Assembly: GCA_048128005.1 (NCBI GenBank)
Contig: JBEUKZ010000096.1
Span: 496,001-560,000, forward strand
DNA: 64,000 nucleotides
Source: Veleropilina oligotropha
Lineage: Eukaryota
Reading direction: 5' to 3'
Numbering within the stretch: position 1 is the first letter of the stretch; every line of letters begins with the position of its first letter. This document shows positions 1 through 10,215 of the stretch, piece by piece. The notes below the pieces were generated by a model. The model saw nothing but the letters and a program-made list of their open reading frames with translations. It did no database searches and was not told where the DNA came from. Both the position numbers and the translations under genes were made by a program.

Positions 1-2062
1 TAGCATTTAACTTGCGTTATTTTGGTAAATCTGCTAGGTCGGGGATAACACGCCGAATTCTAACAAATTGAATATATACATCCAAGAGGTTTTTAGGTGT
101 GAAGGGCGGTTTCTTGTTAAAGAAAGACCTCCCGTTTCTCAATTCGTTGGCCGACTTGTGTTAAAAAGTTTATCAAAGTCGGTGTTTTGGGCATATAATC
201 CGCCGGAGGTATTAAGCGTATTTCAGCCTTTTCTAACTCTCGGATCAGGTACAATCGAGGTTGTAGTAGTATTTTGGTAAACTACCCGTAGAAATACCCT
301 TATCACTTCATACCCCTATCTCCTACCTACCCGTGTACGTAGCTATGGTACATTGCAGTGTTTCCGGGTGCTGACAGAAAATCCGTGGTTTTGACAGGCA
401 CTCCGAATGCATTATTCACCGTGCTTGTTTTCTTAATAAAACGCATCCGTGTGAGCATTGTTTAGCATTGACGAATCGGCAGTGGGAGATTCTTTTCCCA
501 ATGGTGAAGACGACCAGGGCATCTTCTCCCGATGGGACAGCCACCGAGAAGCTTAAAAGATTAGAGACAGGCTTTGATTCTATTCTTTCTGTTTCAGATA
601 CTCTCGGTGATAGCCGTGTTGGGACAGCGGCTATCGCGGGATCCGCGGTCGGAACCTCTGAGACTTTGGGGAAAGTCCCAGTAACTTCGTCGGGATCCAT
701 GGTTCAGGTACAGGCCCGAGTGCCGTCCGACTCCTCTCCTTTGGGCCTAGTAACCGCTGCTCAGAGTGTCTTGCCGACCAGTAAGACACGTCGAGCGCTG
801 CGGCGAAAAGCTGTACAGGGCAGACAAAACCTTTCCTCTCCTCCAGCCTCGGAGGAGCAAGGCAGCGTTAGTCCTTCTGCGAGTTTAGTAGCTTACGAAC
901 CCATCCTCTCGTCCGACAACGGCGCTAGTTTAAAGACTAATCCCGCCACCGTCGGAGCCCACGAGACCGATGGAAGGCCCATTACCTCCGGCAGTTCTTT
1001 TCAAGACGTCCTAGGTGGTGTGGTAGGATCGGCTGCGCTCGGGGCTGAAGTGTACGGCGGGTATTCCCACGTGCTTCACTCGAGCAGGGTTACAGACCCG
1101 TATGGACTGTGGTCGCAGTCCTACGGGTCGTTCGCACCAGTTATCGAGCCTTCGGGCCGATTCCCTGGTAGCGGTTTCCCGACAGGTACCCCGAGACCCT
1201 GGTTCTCGGCTCCACCTGTCCGTGCAGCCCGTCCACCATGCGCTACGGTAACCTCGAGCGGACCAATGGCTGTTGGTCCGACGTCCGTCATGCCTCCGGG
1301 TTTCTCATTCGAGAACGTCCAGGCTATGATTGCGACGGAAGTCGAGTCGCGTTGTAGGTCCTGGCAACCGGCTACCCAGCCGCCCCAGGTCCCAGCGTCT
1401 CTGACCGTAACGCCGGGCTCGGCTCATGTTTCGGTGATGGAAGTAGATTCTCGTTCCGACGAGGACGCCACTCCTACTCCTCACTCTGACCTCCCTGAAT
1501 CGGTCGGACCAGACGACTCTTGTAGTCTTTCTGGCACACATGAAGCCGTCTCCGCCACCCGCCGAAGGTACGACGCTGTCGCGTCGCTTCGCGGGGTGCT
1601 TGACTTGCTCGACCCGGCCCTGCCGGTAAGCGGAGTCACGCACAGGACAGCGGCACGTCGGTTTGTTGGGACGGAAGCCCCCCTGCTTCCTACCCTTCCC
1701 CAGTCTGGGTTGGTCTCGCTCGTCCTCGACTCGACGACCAAATCCATTCAGGGGTCCAAATCGGTGGAGACTTCCACTTTAACGGAGTACCCTAGTGGTC
1801 TCCGTAAGGGAAGGTACCTCCGGCCCAGTAGGCGTCCGATTCCGATCGGGTGCTCTGGGACGTGTCTGGCGACTGAGCCGGTTCAGATCGACGCAGCGAT
1901 GCGTCGCCTGTCGGCCAGTACAGCTCCCTCGGTAGTCAAAGTCCCATGGGCCGCCATGGAGGGCTTTGAGAGCTCCGCCCGTCGAGCCCTACGGCATTCC
2001 TCCATCCAGGATTTCTTCTTGGACGGAGCTATTACCGTGCTACAAGAGGATGGACCCCGCGC

Positions 2063-3134
2063 TCGAGAGATCGCACTGTCCTTCCTCGAAGAGGTTGCCG
2101 CCTCCACGGAGAACTCCGCGTCGGAGTCAGCCCGATCCTTAGGTAACGCTGTCCTACTTCGTAGAGACACTTGCCTAGACGGCACCACGTTAGACGACGC
2201 CACCCGGCAGTCTCTACGTTGCGTGCCGCTGTCGGCCTCTACTCTCTTCGGAGACAAATTCACCGAATTTGTCGAGAAGAGAGCGACCGACCTCAAGGAT
2301 CGCGCTATTGAGAAGGCAGTCTTGGATACTCCTCGTAGTACGTCGGCTGCTGCCTCAAGGAAGCGCTCGGGACCGTCCCGGTCCCATAAGCCTTCCAAGC
2401 GTGCCAAACCTTCGCATAGTGGGCCTCCTCCGGCCAATAAATCTACTGCGAAAACGGCACCTCCGACGAAATCCCGTCAGAGCGGGAGAGGGAAGCCGCG
2501 GTCTAGGGTTGGACCGGCATCCAACCCTAGACGCGACACCACCACCAGGACGCGCTCGTCTCTTGATAAGAGGAAAACAAGCCGTCCTAGACCAGGCAGT
2601 GCGGGACTTACTCTCAAAAAGAGCGATTTATCCCGCGCCGCCCAGCACACCAGGATATTACAGCCACTTTTTCCTGGTCCCGAAACCCGATGGCCGTTGG
2701 CGACCGATCCTCGATCTGTCGTTCCTCAACCAGTATCTTCGTACCGAGAAGTTCAAGCAAGAAACACTCTCGAAGATACGAACGGCCATCCGTCCGGGCG
2801 ACTGGGCAGCGTCTATCGACTTGACCGATGCGTACCTACACGTTCCGATGCACGTCTCGACTCACCGGTACCTACGGTTTGTCCACGGGGGAACGGTCTA
2901 CCAATTCAGGTGTCTACCGTTCGGTCTATCGTCAGCCCCGTACGTCTTCACGCGGGTAGTACAGGCTCTCGGGGCCTTCCTACACTCGCAAGGGCACAGA
3001 GTACACATGTACCTCGACGACTGGTTGATTCTCGGGGCGTCCCGGGATCAGTGCCTCCAGTCTATGAGCGTTACCCTGTCATCGGCGAAGCGCCTAGGAT
3101 TACAGATCAACAACGACAAATCCTGCTTCGTGCC
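2063..3134 (+). repeat. 1.07-kb direct duplication, copy A (copy B 5717-6787)
   Basis: tcgagagatcgcac...ttcgtgcc occurs at both places with about a dozen differences, including a 1-nt deletion in copy B. Confidence 0.97.
2269..3134 (+). pseudogene. DIRS reverse transcriptase, copy 1 (truncated by insertion at 3135)
   Basis: FLVPKPDGRWRPILDL, IDLTDAYLHVP, LPFGLSSAP, YLDDWLI; homology to copy 2 stops after KSCFVP. Confidence 0.93.
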
Positions 3135-3456
3135 TTACTGGGGGAGGGGCCTGGTCATCCAGGTCGATGAATTGCTGCCCCTCTGTTGTGGTAAACAGCC
3201 CTACAAGATCCTTCTGGTAGTCTTGGGCTGTCCGGGGCTTTTTGGAGATGGGGATTGGGTCAAATTCCTCAACAATGGCCTTCCGTTTTCTCTCCGTTTG
3301 GGGAGGGGTTTTAATCGCAGCGCGTGGAACCAGAGGCTTCAACAAGCGCTCTTTCACGTCTTCCGGGATTGGTTCATCTAGGATGTTACGAACCACATCC
3401 CGGAGAGTATCAGATGCCTGCATGTCTGCGAGCAGTTGGTCTATGTAGTCATCCAT
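3135..3456 (-). pseudogene. Truncated ORF of possible Polinton/Maverick or endogenous DNA-virus origin
   Basis: Intronless MDDYIDQLL...NILDEPIPEDVKERLLKPLVP..., cut at the DIRS junction; family assignment rests on recalled motif similarity only. Confidence 0.45.
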
Positions 3457-3501
3457 AGTGGCCCTGCTGCTGGGTGGGTATACGTCATGCCGATCACTTC
3501 T

Positions 3502-3801
3502 CTAATAGGAACTTTCCATGTGGTAGATTGCAGCCATGCGGAGAAACTCTCGCAGAAACTCTCTCTGGAAGGCCCTTTTCTTTCGTTGCCAGTCCCTATC
3601 GTTCTCAAGCTTATACCCACAGCCCTGACACAGCATAAGCCGGTTGAAGACGCCTTTGCCTCATTTGATGCAGGGCTTTGTGCCCCGGCCATTTCGCCGT
3701 TGCCGAACCAGGTGGACTTTGCAAAACTCTCTCAGACAACTCTTACCGCATAGCTCCGTGGAGCTGATGGCGAGCCATTGACAGGTGTCTGTGCCCTTCA
3801 T
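3502..3801 (-). pseudogene. Small Cys-rich zinc-finger-like ORF with one internal stop
   Basis: Manual translation MKGTDTCQWLAISSTELCGKSCLREFCKVHLVRQRRNGRGTKPCIK*GKGVFNRLMLCQGCGY...; the TGA at 3661-3663 sits where a CxxC cysteine is expected. Confidence 0.6.
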
Positions 3802-4123
3802 CGTATCCTTTGCAGTGGGTATATCCTGTGATATGGGTATGTCTAAAAGAGAGCCCGGGCCGGCGAGGGTTGTGGGCCGTCCCTACGGGCTCTTACTACC
3901 AGTCCAATCACCCCCCTGCTGCTCTCTTACTACCAGCTCAGTTCAGACGGGCGCTGGGAGCCTTATTTTCCCATTCTAAAAAGTGCATTCACCCCCCCTG
4001 CTGCTGCTGGTTTTATGCCTAAAAAACAAGCGCTATTAGAGTCCCTATTCGCAGACCCTGTTGCTGCTTACTCCATACCCCTAAAAACAAGCTCTATTAG
4101 AGTCTGCTCACCCCCCCTGCTGC

Positions 4124-4354
4124 TCAACTAACCACATAATGGGATGGATAAAGTTCGAATAATGAAAATTATTTAATTTATGTTCTTGAAGTATATTTAC
4201 ACTTAGTCTCTGGGTGCATATCTATTTCTTTAGCCTCTGATGGCAGGAAATTTTTCTTAATTCTCATTGAGTTACTGATACACAGCGTGCAAAAATATAT
4301 ATGCGGTCAATAATACCGGCGGAGGACAATCGCCAATTCGTGGCAATCACTTGT
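4124..4354 (+). mobile_element. 3' end fragment of a Helentron-associated (HINE-like) element, same family as 37481-39752
   Basis: About 7 differences over ~230 nt versus 39525-39753, including the 3' subterminal IR and palindrome. Confidence 0.9.
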
Positions 4355-4380
4355 TTTCATTGAAGCGCATGCCCCGATTA

Positions 4381-5560
4381 AGTGAGACCCCACTTCACTA
4401 GATCCCGTTGTAGTTGGAGATGGTCATCCCTACTTCTAATGCACCGATACAGCAGGCAGTCGTCCGCGAAGTGTCGCATTGATGATTTTACGGATTCTGG
4501 GAGATTGTTTTTATGGCATAAAAACACGATTGGGCCTAGGATCGTTCCCTGCTGTACCCCGGAGTCAACGTGTACTGGATCTGATTCTTCGCCTTCGACT
4601 AGTGAGACCCCACTTCACGAGATCCCGTTGTAGTTGGAGATGGTCATCCCTACTTCTAATGCACCGATACAGCAGGCAGTCGTCCGCGAAGTGTCGCATT
4701 GATGATTTTACGTATTCGGGGAGATCGTTTTTACGGCATAAAAACACAATTGGGCCTAGGACCGTTCCCTGCGGTACCCCAGAGTCAACGTGTACTGGAT
4801 CTGATTCTTCGCCTTCGACTAACACTTTCATCTGTCGGTTACAGAGGAAATCCTTTATCCAGTCATTTATTTTCCAATCCATTGACTGTGAATCCATATG
4901 CTGACATCTTATGTAATAGCTTGTTGTGAGGGACGGTATCGAAAGCCTTAGAGAAGTCTAATATTGCGATATCGATTTGCGCTCCACTGTCGTTATGTTT
5001 CAGAAGGTCATGAACGGTAGTGACGAGTTGTGTTTCGCACGAATAGCCTGCACGGAAACCATGATATAGGGTGGTCAGTATTTTATGTCTGTCTAGATGG
5101 TCTAGTATGTGTTTGCACATTATAATTATGTTCTAACCCTTTACACAAGACACACGTGAGTGACACTGGTCGATAGTTCTCTGCCGCATGGACACCGCCC
5201 TTCTTGAATACCGGTGAGATATTTGCATCGCGCCAGTCCTGTGGCATGAACCGCTCTCTACGGAAACCTGGAATATGTTTTGCACTTCTGGAGCGATTTG
5301 CTTGACACAGTTCTTGAGCATGATGTTTGCGATCTTTTCTGGGCCTTGGCCGTGTCTAGGGTCACAAGAAGTTTTTAAATACCGTTTGTGGTTATATGGA
5401 GTGGGTGGATGCTCATTTTTTTAAATGGTTGATAGCTCCCCATTGTCCTCCTTTGTGAATACCAATTGAAACTGTTTCATCAGGATTTTGGCTTGTCCTT
5501 ACTGCCTGAAACAAGATGCCCCATTTTTGGCCCGCCTAACAGGCAGGGCTATGATCGTAG
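4381..5560 (-). pseudogene. Degenerate CR1/L2-group non-LTR reverse transcriptase fragment with a 220-bp tandem duplication (4381-4600/4601-4820)
   Basis: HGFRAGYSCETQL, LDFSKAFDTVPH, SGVPQGTVLGP and FADDCLLY lie across frameshifted ORFs 5133-5321, 4863-5120 and 4565-4897. Confidence 0.9.
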
Positions 5561-5716
5561 ACGGGCATCCGCTGATCACTTTCTGTCACATAGAAAACGA
5601 ACCGCTGGACCTCTGCTTTTCATATTTGGTATACACCTTGTAGACCACCAGGCCTTGCCTAAGTTCAAATATGGGGACACTGGGTTAAAGGTCAAGGTCA
5701 TTTTCATGTATAAATT
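5561..5716 (+). repeat. Fragment of HINE-type satellite unit
   Basis: Similar to 21927-22150 (ttctgtcacatagaa...tcatatttggta...caggccttgcctaagttcaaa...aaaggtcaaggtca). Confidence 0.75.
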
Positions 5717-6787
5717 TCGAGAGATCGCACTGTCCTTCCTCGAAGAGGTTGCCGCCTCCACGGAGAACTCCGCGTCGGAGTCAGCCCGATCCTTAGGTAA
5801 CGCTGTCCTACTTCGTAGAGACACTTGCCTAGACGGCACCACGTTAGACGACGCCACCCGGCAGTCTCTACGTTGCATGCCGCTGTCGGCCTCTACTCTC
5901 TTCGGAGACAAATTCACCGAATTTGTCGAGAAGAGAGCGACCGACCTCAAGGATCGCGCTATTGAGAAGGCAGTCTTGGATACTCCTCGTAGTACGTCGG
6001 CTGCTGCCTCAAGGAAGCGCTCGGGACCGTCCCGGTCCCATAAGCCTTCCAAGCGTGCCAAACCTTCGCATAGTGGGCCTTCTCAGGCCAATAAATCTAC
6101 TGCGAATACGGCATCTCCGACCAAATCCCGTCAGAGCGGGAGAGGGAAGCCACGGTCTAGGGTTGGACCGGCATCCAACCCTAGACGCGACACCACCACC
6201 AGGACGCGCTCGTCTCTTGATAAGAGAAAAACAAGCCGTCCTAGACCAGGCAGTGCGGGACTTACTCTCAAAAAGAGCGATTTATCCCGTGCCGCCCAGC
6301 ACACCAGGATATTACAGCCACTTTTTCCTGGTCCCGAAACCCGATGGCCGTTGGCGACCGATCCTCGATCTGTCGTTCCTCAACCAGTATCTTCGTACCG
6401 AGAAGTTCAAGCAAGAAACACTCTCGAAGATACGAACGGCCATCCGTCCAGGCGACTGGGCAGCGTCTATCGACTTGACCGATGCGTACCTACACGTTCC
6501 GATGCACGTCTCGACTCACCGGTACCTACGGTTTGTCCACGGGGGAACGGTCTACCAATTCAGGTGTCTACCGTTCGGTCTATCGTCAGCCCCGTACGTC
6601 TTCACGCGGGTAGTACAGGCTCTCGGGGCCTTCCTACACTCGCAAGGGCACAGAGTACACATGTACCTCGACGACTGGTTGATTCTCGGGCGTCCCGGGA
6701 TCAGTGCCTCCAGTCTATGAGCGCTACCCTGTCATCGGCGAAGCGCCTAGGATTACAGATCAACAACGACAAATCCTGCTTCGTGCC
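5717..6787 (+). repeat. 1.07-kb direct duplication, copy B
   Basis: Near-identical to 2063-3134 and continues seamlessly into the rest of the DIRS pol. Confidence 0.97.
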
Positions 6788-8095
6788 CTCGACGACGTTT
6801 ACATTTCTAGGGGTCGAATTCGACACGGTCCGGTACACCGCGAAACCGACTCAGAAACGTATAGAGAACCTACGCGCAGTTATACTGAAAACGAGGTCTT
6901 CACGGATAACGACAGCGCAACGACTGGCCACTGTCCTAAGGCACATCGAGTCGGTAGCTCCCCTGTTACCGACGGGTCGCATAGACAAACGACCGTTGCA
7001 GCAGGCCTTCAAGGACCGCTGGGTACAACGTACGGGACAGTGGACGGATCGCATCGATCTACGGCATTGGTTTACTCGCACGACAGCAGTGTGGCTGAAC
7101 ACTACCCTGCCGAGCCAGTCGGTTCCGATATCCCCCCCAGAACCGAACGCCTACCTCTTCACGGACGCGTCAAACGAGGGCTGGGGAGGTCACCTCGACA
7201 GTCACGAGACATCGGGCCTTTGGCCGACGGACCTGCAGGGACGACACATAAACTTCCTAGAGTTAGAAGCCGTCTACCTGTCAGTACGGTCCCTCTCGTC
7301 ACATCTCCGCAACAAGCACATCATGCTAGCAACGGCAACACGACTGTCGTCGCTTACATTCAGCACCAGGGCGGCACTCGCTCCCGTCCACTTTGCGACC
7401 GAGCGATCGACCTACACCGCCTAGTGATGTCCCTCAACTCGACGATTCGAGCCCGACACATCCCGGGGAAGCTGAACGTCAGAGCGGATACGCTCTCTCG
7501 GAAAACACAGATTATACACACAGAGTGGACGCTACACGCCCGTGTAGCCCGAGATGTCTGTCGCCTGTGGTCGCAGCCTCAAGTCGATCTATTCGCAACC
7601 GAATACAATCACCGACTCCCTGTCTATGTGTCTCCTTACCCGGACCCGGCCGCTATAGCGGTCGACGCTCTGTCAATGACATGGGAGAATCTGATCGCCT
7701 ACGCCTTTCCGCCGTCGTGCATGCTGCCACAGGTACTACGGAAAGCGACCCGCGAAGACTGCGAGTTGACGCTAATAGCACCACTACAACGCACGCAGTC
7801 CTGGTTTCCGACACTTCTGGATCTACTCATCGATCAGCCACTTGCGCTACCGCAGATGACAGACCTGTTATCGCAACCGCGCAGTCGGGTTCTACACCCG
7901 TCGGCGAACGAGTTTCACTTTCACGCCTGGCGACTATCGAGAGATCGCTCATTAAGAAAGGCTTTTCTAGAGCGACAGCCCAGCGCATCTACCGATCTAG
8001 AAGGCAATCTACAACAAGGGTATATGACTACCGATGGAAGAAATTTGTGGATTGGTGTCGCGGGCGGCAAGTCAATATATTCCGCCCCCCTGTGA
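5923..8095 (+). pseudogene. DIRS pol (RT - RNase H - DNA adenine methylase-like), two 1-nt deletions (~6689, ~7335)
   Basis: RT motifs in ORF 5923, RNase H FTDAS/HINFLEL in the 5466 frame, then NTTVVAYI..HIPGKLNVRADTLSR and DLFA..YAFPP in the 6704 frame. The ~6689 deletion (GGGG to GGG) is visible against copy A. Confidence 0.93.
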
Positions 8096-9009
8096 CAAAA
8101 TTTATCGAGTTTTTGTCGTCGTTGCTCGAACGTGGAATGTCCATTTCCGCTGTCAAAGGCTACCGCTCATGCGTAGCAACGACGTTACGACAATGCCACG
8201 AGCACACCCGCTTGTCTACCGACAAGACAATATCGGATTTTATACGCTCCTACCAACTCGAACGACCCATTCAGCGGGTGCGGCCGCCCGCATGGAATGT
8301 CATGTTGATCCTCAATGCTTTACTTAGATGTCCGTTCGAACCTATGAGTGAATGCTCCCTCAAAAATCTCACTTATAAGACCGTTCTACTTACCGCTCTC
8401 GCGACTGGTAACCGGGCATCGGAGATACACGCATTATCCGGTGAGCTGCGGGATATACACTTCCACACCAATGGGTCGGTGAAGCTGCATACGGTCCTTG
8501 GCTTCTTAGCGAAGACACAACGACCTGAAGATGTCTGTCCCGAGGTTTGTATCCGTAACCTCTCCATGTTGGATAGAGACGATATCGACCGGCTGAACTG
8601 CCCCGTTCGTGCGCTGAGATTCTATCTGGACCGGACCCGTGACCTACGGCAGGGTAAAAAGCGTTTATTCATAAGCCATATGTCCCAATTCAACCACGAC
8701 ATTCGCAAGTCGACTGTATCACGTTGGATAGTCTCTGTTGTAAAGGAAATTTACAAGCGGTCCGACGCGCCAGATCGAGATCTCGTTTCAATTCACGCGC
8801 ATGAAACACGGGCGTTAGCGACCTCACTGGCATTCAAGTATAATTTAAATATCAATGCAGTCTTGAAGGCCGGTTATTGGAAGAGTGCTAATACCTTTGT
8901 TCGCTTTTACCTGCGTGATTACGCAACCACGGCATCTGGCGAACATAGCATTTCGTTTGTCGCTGCAAATCAGCAATGTATTAGAGGATCGAGGTCATCC
9001 TATCAGTGA
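7393..9009 (+). CDS. DIRS tyrosine recombinase (lambda integrase family)
   Basis: SAM-like N domain (YDYRWKKFVDWC); catalytic R (NRASEI), HxxR (HETR), W (GYW), Y (RFY); CPVRALRFY motif; no stops. Confidence 0.93.
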   Translation: MRPSDRPTPPSDVPQLDDSSPTHPGEAERQSGYALSENTDYTHRVDATRPCSPRCLSPVVAASSRSIRNRIQSPTPCLCVSLPGPGRYSGRRSVNDMGESDRLRLSAVVHAATGTTESDPRRLRVDANSTTTTHAVLVSDTSGSTHRSATCATADDRPVIATAQSGSTPVGERVSLSRLATIERSLIKKGFSRATAQRIYRSRRQSTTRVYDYRWKKFVDWCRGRQVNIFRPPVTKFIEFLSSLLERGMSISAVKGYRSCVATTLRQCHEHTRLSTDKTISDFIRSYQLERPIQRVRPPAWNVMLILNALLRCPFEPMSECSLKNLTYKTVLLTALATGNRASEIHALSGELRDIHFHTNGSVKLHTVLGFLAKTQRPEDVCPEVCIRNLSMLDRDDIDRLNCPVRALRFYLDRTRDLRQGKKRLFISHMSQFNHDIRKSTVSRWIVSVVKEIYKRSDAPDRDLVSIHAHETRALATSLAFKYNLNINAVLKAGYWKSANTFVRFYLRDYATTASGEHSISFVAANQQCIRGSRSSYQ

Positions 9010-9812
9010 TTGGTAAAACTTTACAAAGGATTATTACCAAGGAACTGAGGTAATGTAATGTATTTCTATTAGTATTCGTGTACATTGTAACACACTTAGA
9101 ATTTTACTTCAATGTTATTTCTTTCTTAAATCATTAAGAAATTGAAATTACCTAGTCATAACTGAGTTAATATGACATTAATGCTCACATTGGATGCAAA
9201 CATTTCATTACGAAATCTTAAAAATGTTTTTTGTAAATAATATTATTTTTACTATGTTCTACTTGCTGTCACAGAACATTTCAATGTCTTTACATTGAAA
9301 AATTTTAATATTATTCCATACTTAAAATTATTTAAGTAACATGTTCTCATGTTGACATTTTGCAAGATAGACGTGCAAAATTTTTTATTGATTCAAGTTG
9401 AAGATAATTGAATATTCTTCAATCTATTAATAATTGTCAAGGTTTTATATTATAGCACAGTAAACCTGCTAGGTTCGGGTGCCTCTTAAAACCTCGTCTG
9501 CAGTTTTCTGTCTGCCGACCTTTGAGTCCGGAATATTCAGTTCACTGCTTTTGCCCATGACACGAGTGCCTTCAAGGTATACCTTTCGCACGGTGTCCGG
9601 AGCTACATGCACTTTCGTGTTACCCGTCCGACTTACATCCCTGGCGTGTTTTCCCAGATTTCTTGGTAGAAATCTCACCTCGGGGTAAGAGTAGATTAGA
9701 TGCTCAGTAAATCTACTCTGAACGGACTCGATCTCAACGCTAAAGCGTCGTCTTCCGGTAACAAGTAAGTTTTAATTTTGGTATATGGAACTTATAACTC
9801 CGCCAACCAAAG

Positions 9813-9910
9813 TTATTCTTGGCATTAGTAAGGACGTAAGTATATTTGATATAGATAGGAGGATTAAGAGTAATCCCCTTGTATCTATAATAATATACCT
9901 ACGTCCTTAC
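9813..9910. repeat. DIRS internal complementary region (ICR)
   Basis: 9857-9910 pairs with 10162-10215 at 53/54 positions; 9820-9846 repeats 10154-10180 directly. Confidence 0.9.
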
Positions 9911-10215
9911 CCACTTGGCCCACCCTGCTTCGCACCTCCCCTCTTATATAAGTTCTTCGCCTTGTTGTTTGCTAAAACTTCGGATGAGGTCATGACCTTG
10001 TGGTCACGGGGATCTCGCGGGAGTTGGCGAGCTCTTTATAGGCATGAACTTGAGGGGGTCAAGCAGGTCAGTGGGTCAACTGGGTTAAATTTACTAAAAG
10101 TGCGGAAATTACCATTTCCACCTTGTCCGGATTTAGCGATAATAGGCTTATTATGGCATTAGTAAGGACGTAAGTATATTATTATAGATACAAGGGGATT
10201 ACTCTTAATCCTCCT
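9911..10215. repeat. DIRS right inverted terminal repeat (inner boundary uncertain)
   Basis: Follows the ICR and ends in the ICR-complementary 54 nt; the partner left ITR is not in the window. Confidence 0.7.

Larger units (their letters stand above)
345..3134 (+). pseudogene. DIRS gag-like ORF1 with N-terminal Cys/His zinc finger; premature TGA at 372-374
   Basis: ATG 345 is in frame with ORF 468: MVHCSVSGC*QKIRGFDRHSECIIHRAC...CEHC. C-terminal LLRRD..L..LRCVPLSASTLFG block resembles DIRS gag; then a basic Ser/Lys/Arg tail. Confidence 0.8.
1..10215 (+). mobile_element. DIRS1-type tyrosine recombinase retrotransposon (5' end outside window; internally rearranged)
   Basis: Gag-like ORF, RT (YLDD), RNase H (FTDAS, HINFLEL), methylase-like domain and tyrosine recombinase in DIRS order with overlapping frames. 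9857-9910 is the reverse complement of the terminal 10162-10215 (ICR/ITR architecture). Confidence 0.95.

Noticed and set aside
416..2437. Antisense ORFs 416-700, 1305-1643, 1481-1747, 1883-2437
   Set aside because: Shadow ORFs of GC-rich gag sequence with no recognisable domains.
5466..7424. 652-aa ORF as a novel fusion protein
   Set aside because: A by-product of the patchwork junction plus two frameshifts (insert sequence + gag frame + pol frame).
468..9009. Bacterial or phage contamination/HGT suggested by high GC, an integrase and a methylase
   Set aside because: The domain order, RT type and ICR/ITR ends are those of eukaryotic DIRS1 elements, and the element is contiguous with host repeats.
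9785..10162. 125-aa ORF
   Set aside because: Lies across the ICR/ITR non-coding termini and has no domain signal.
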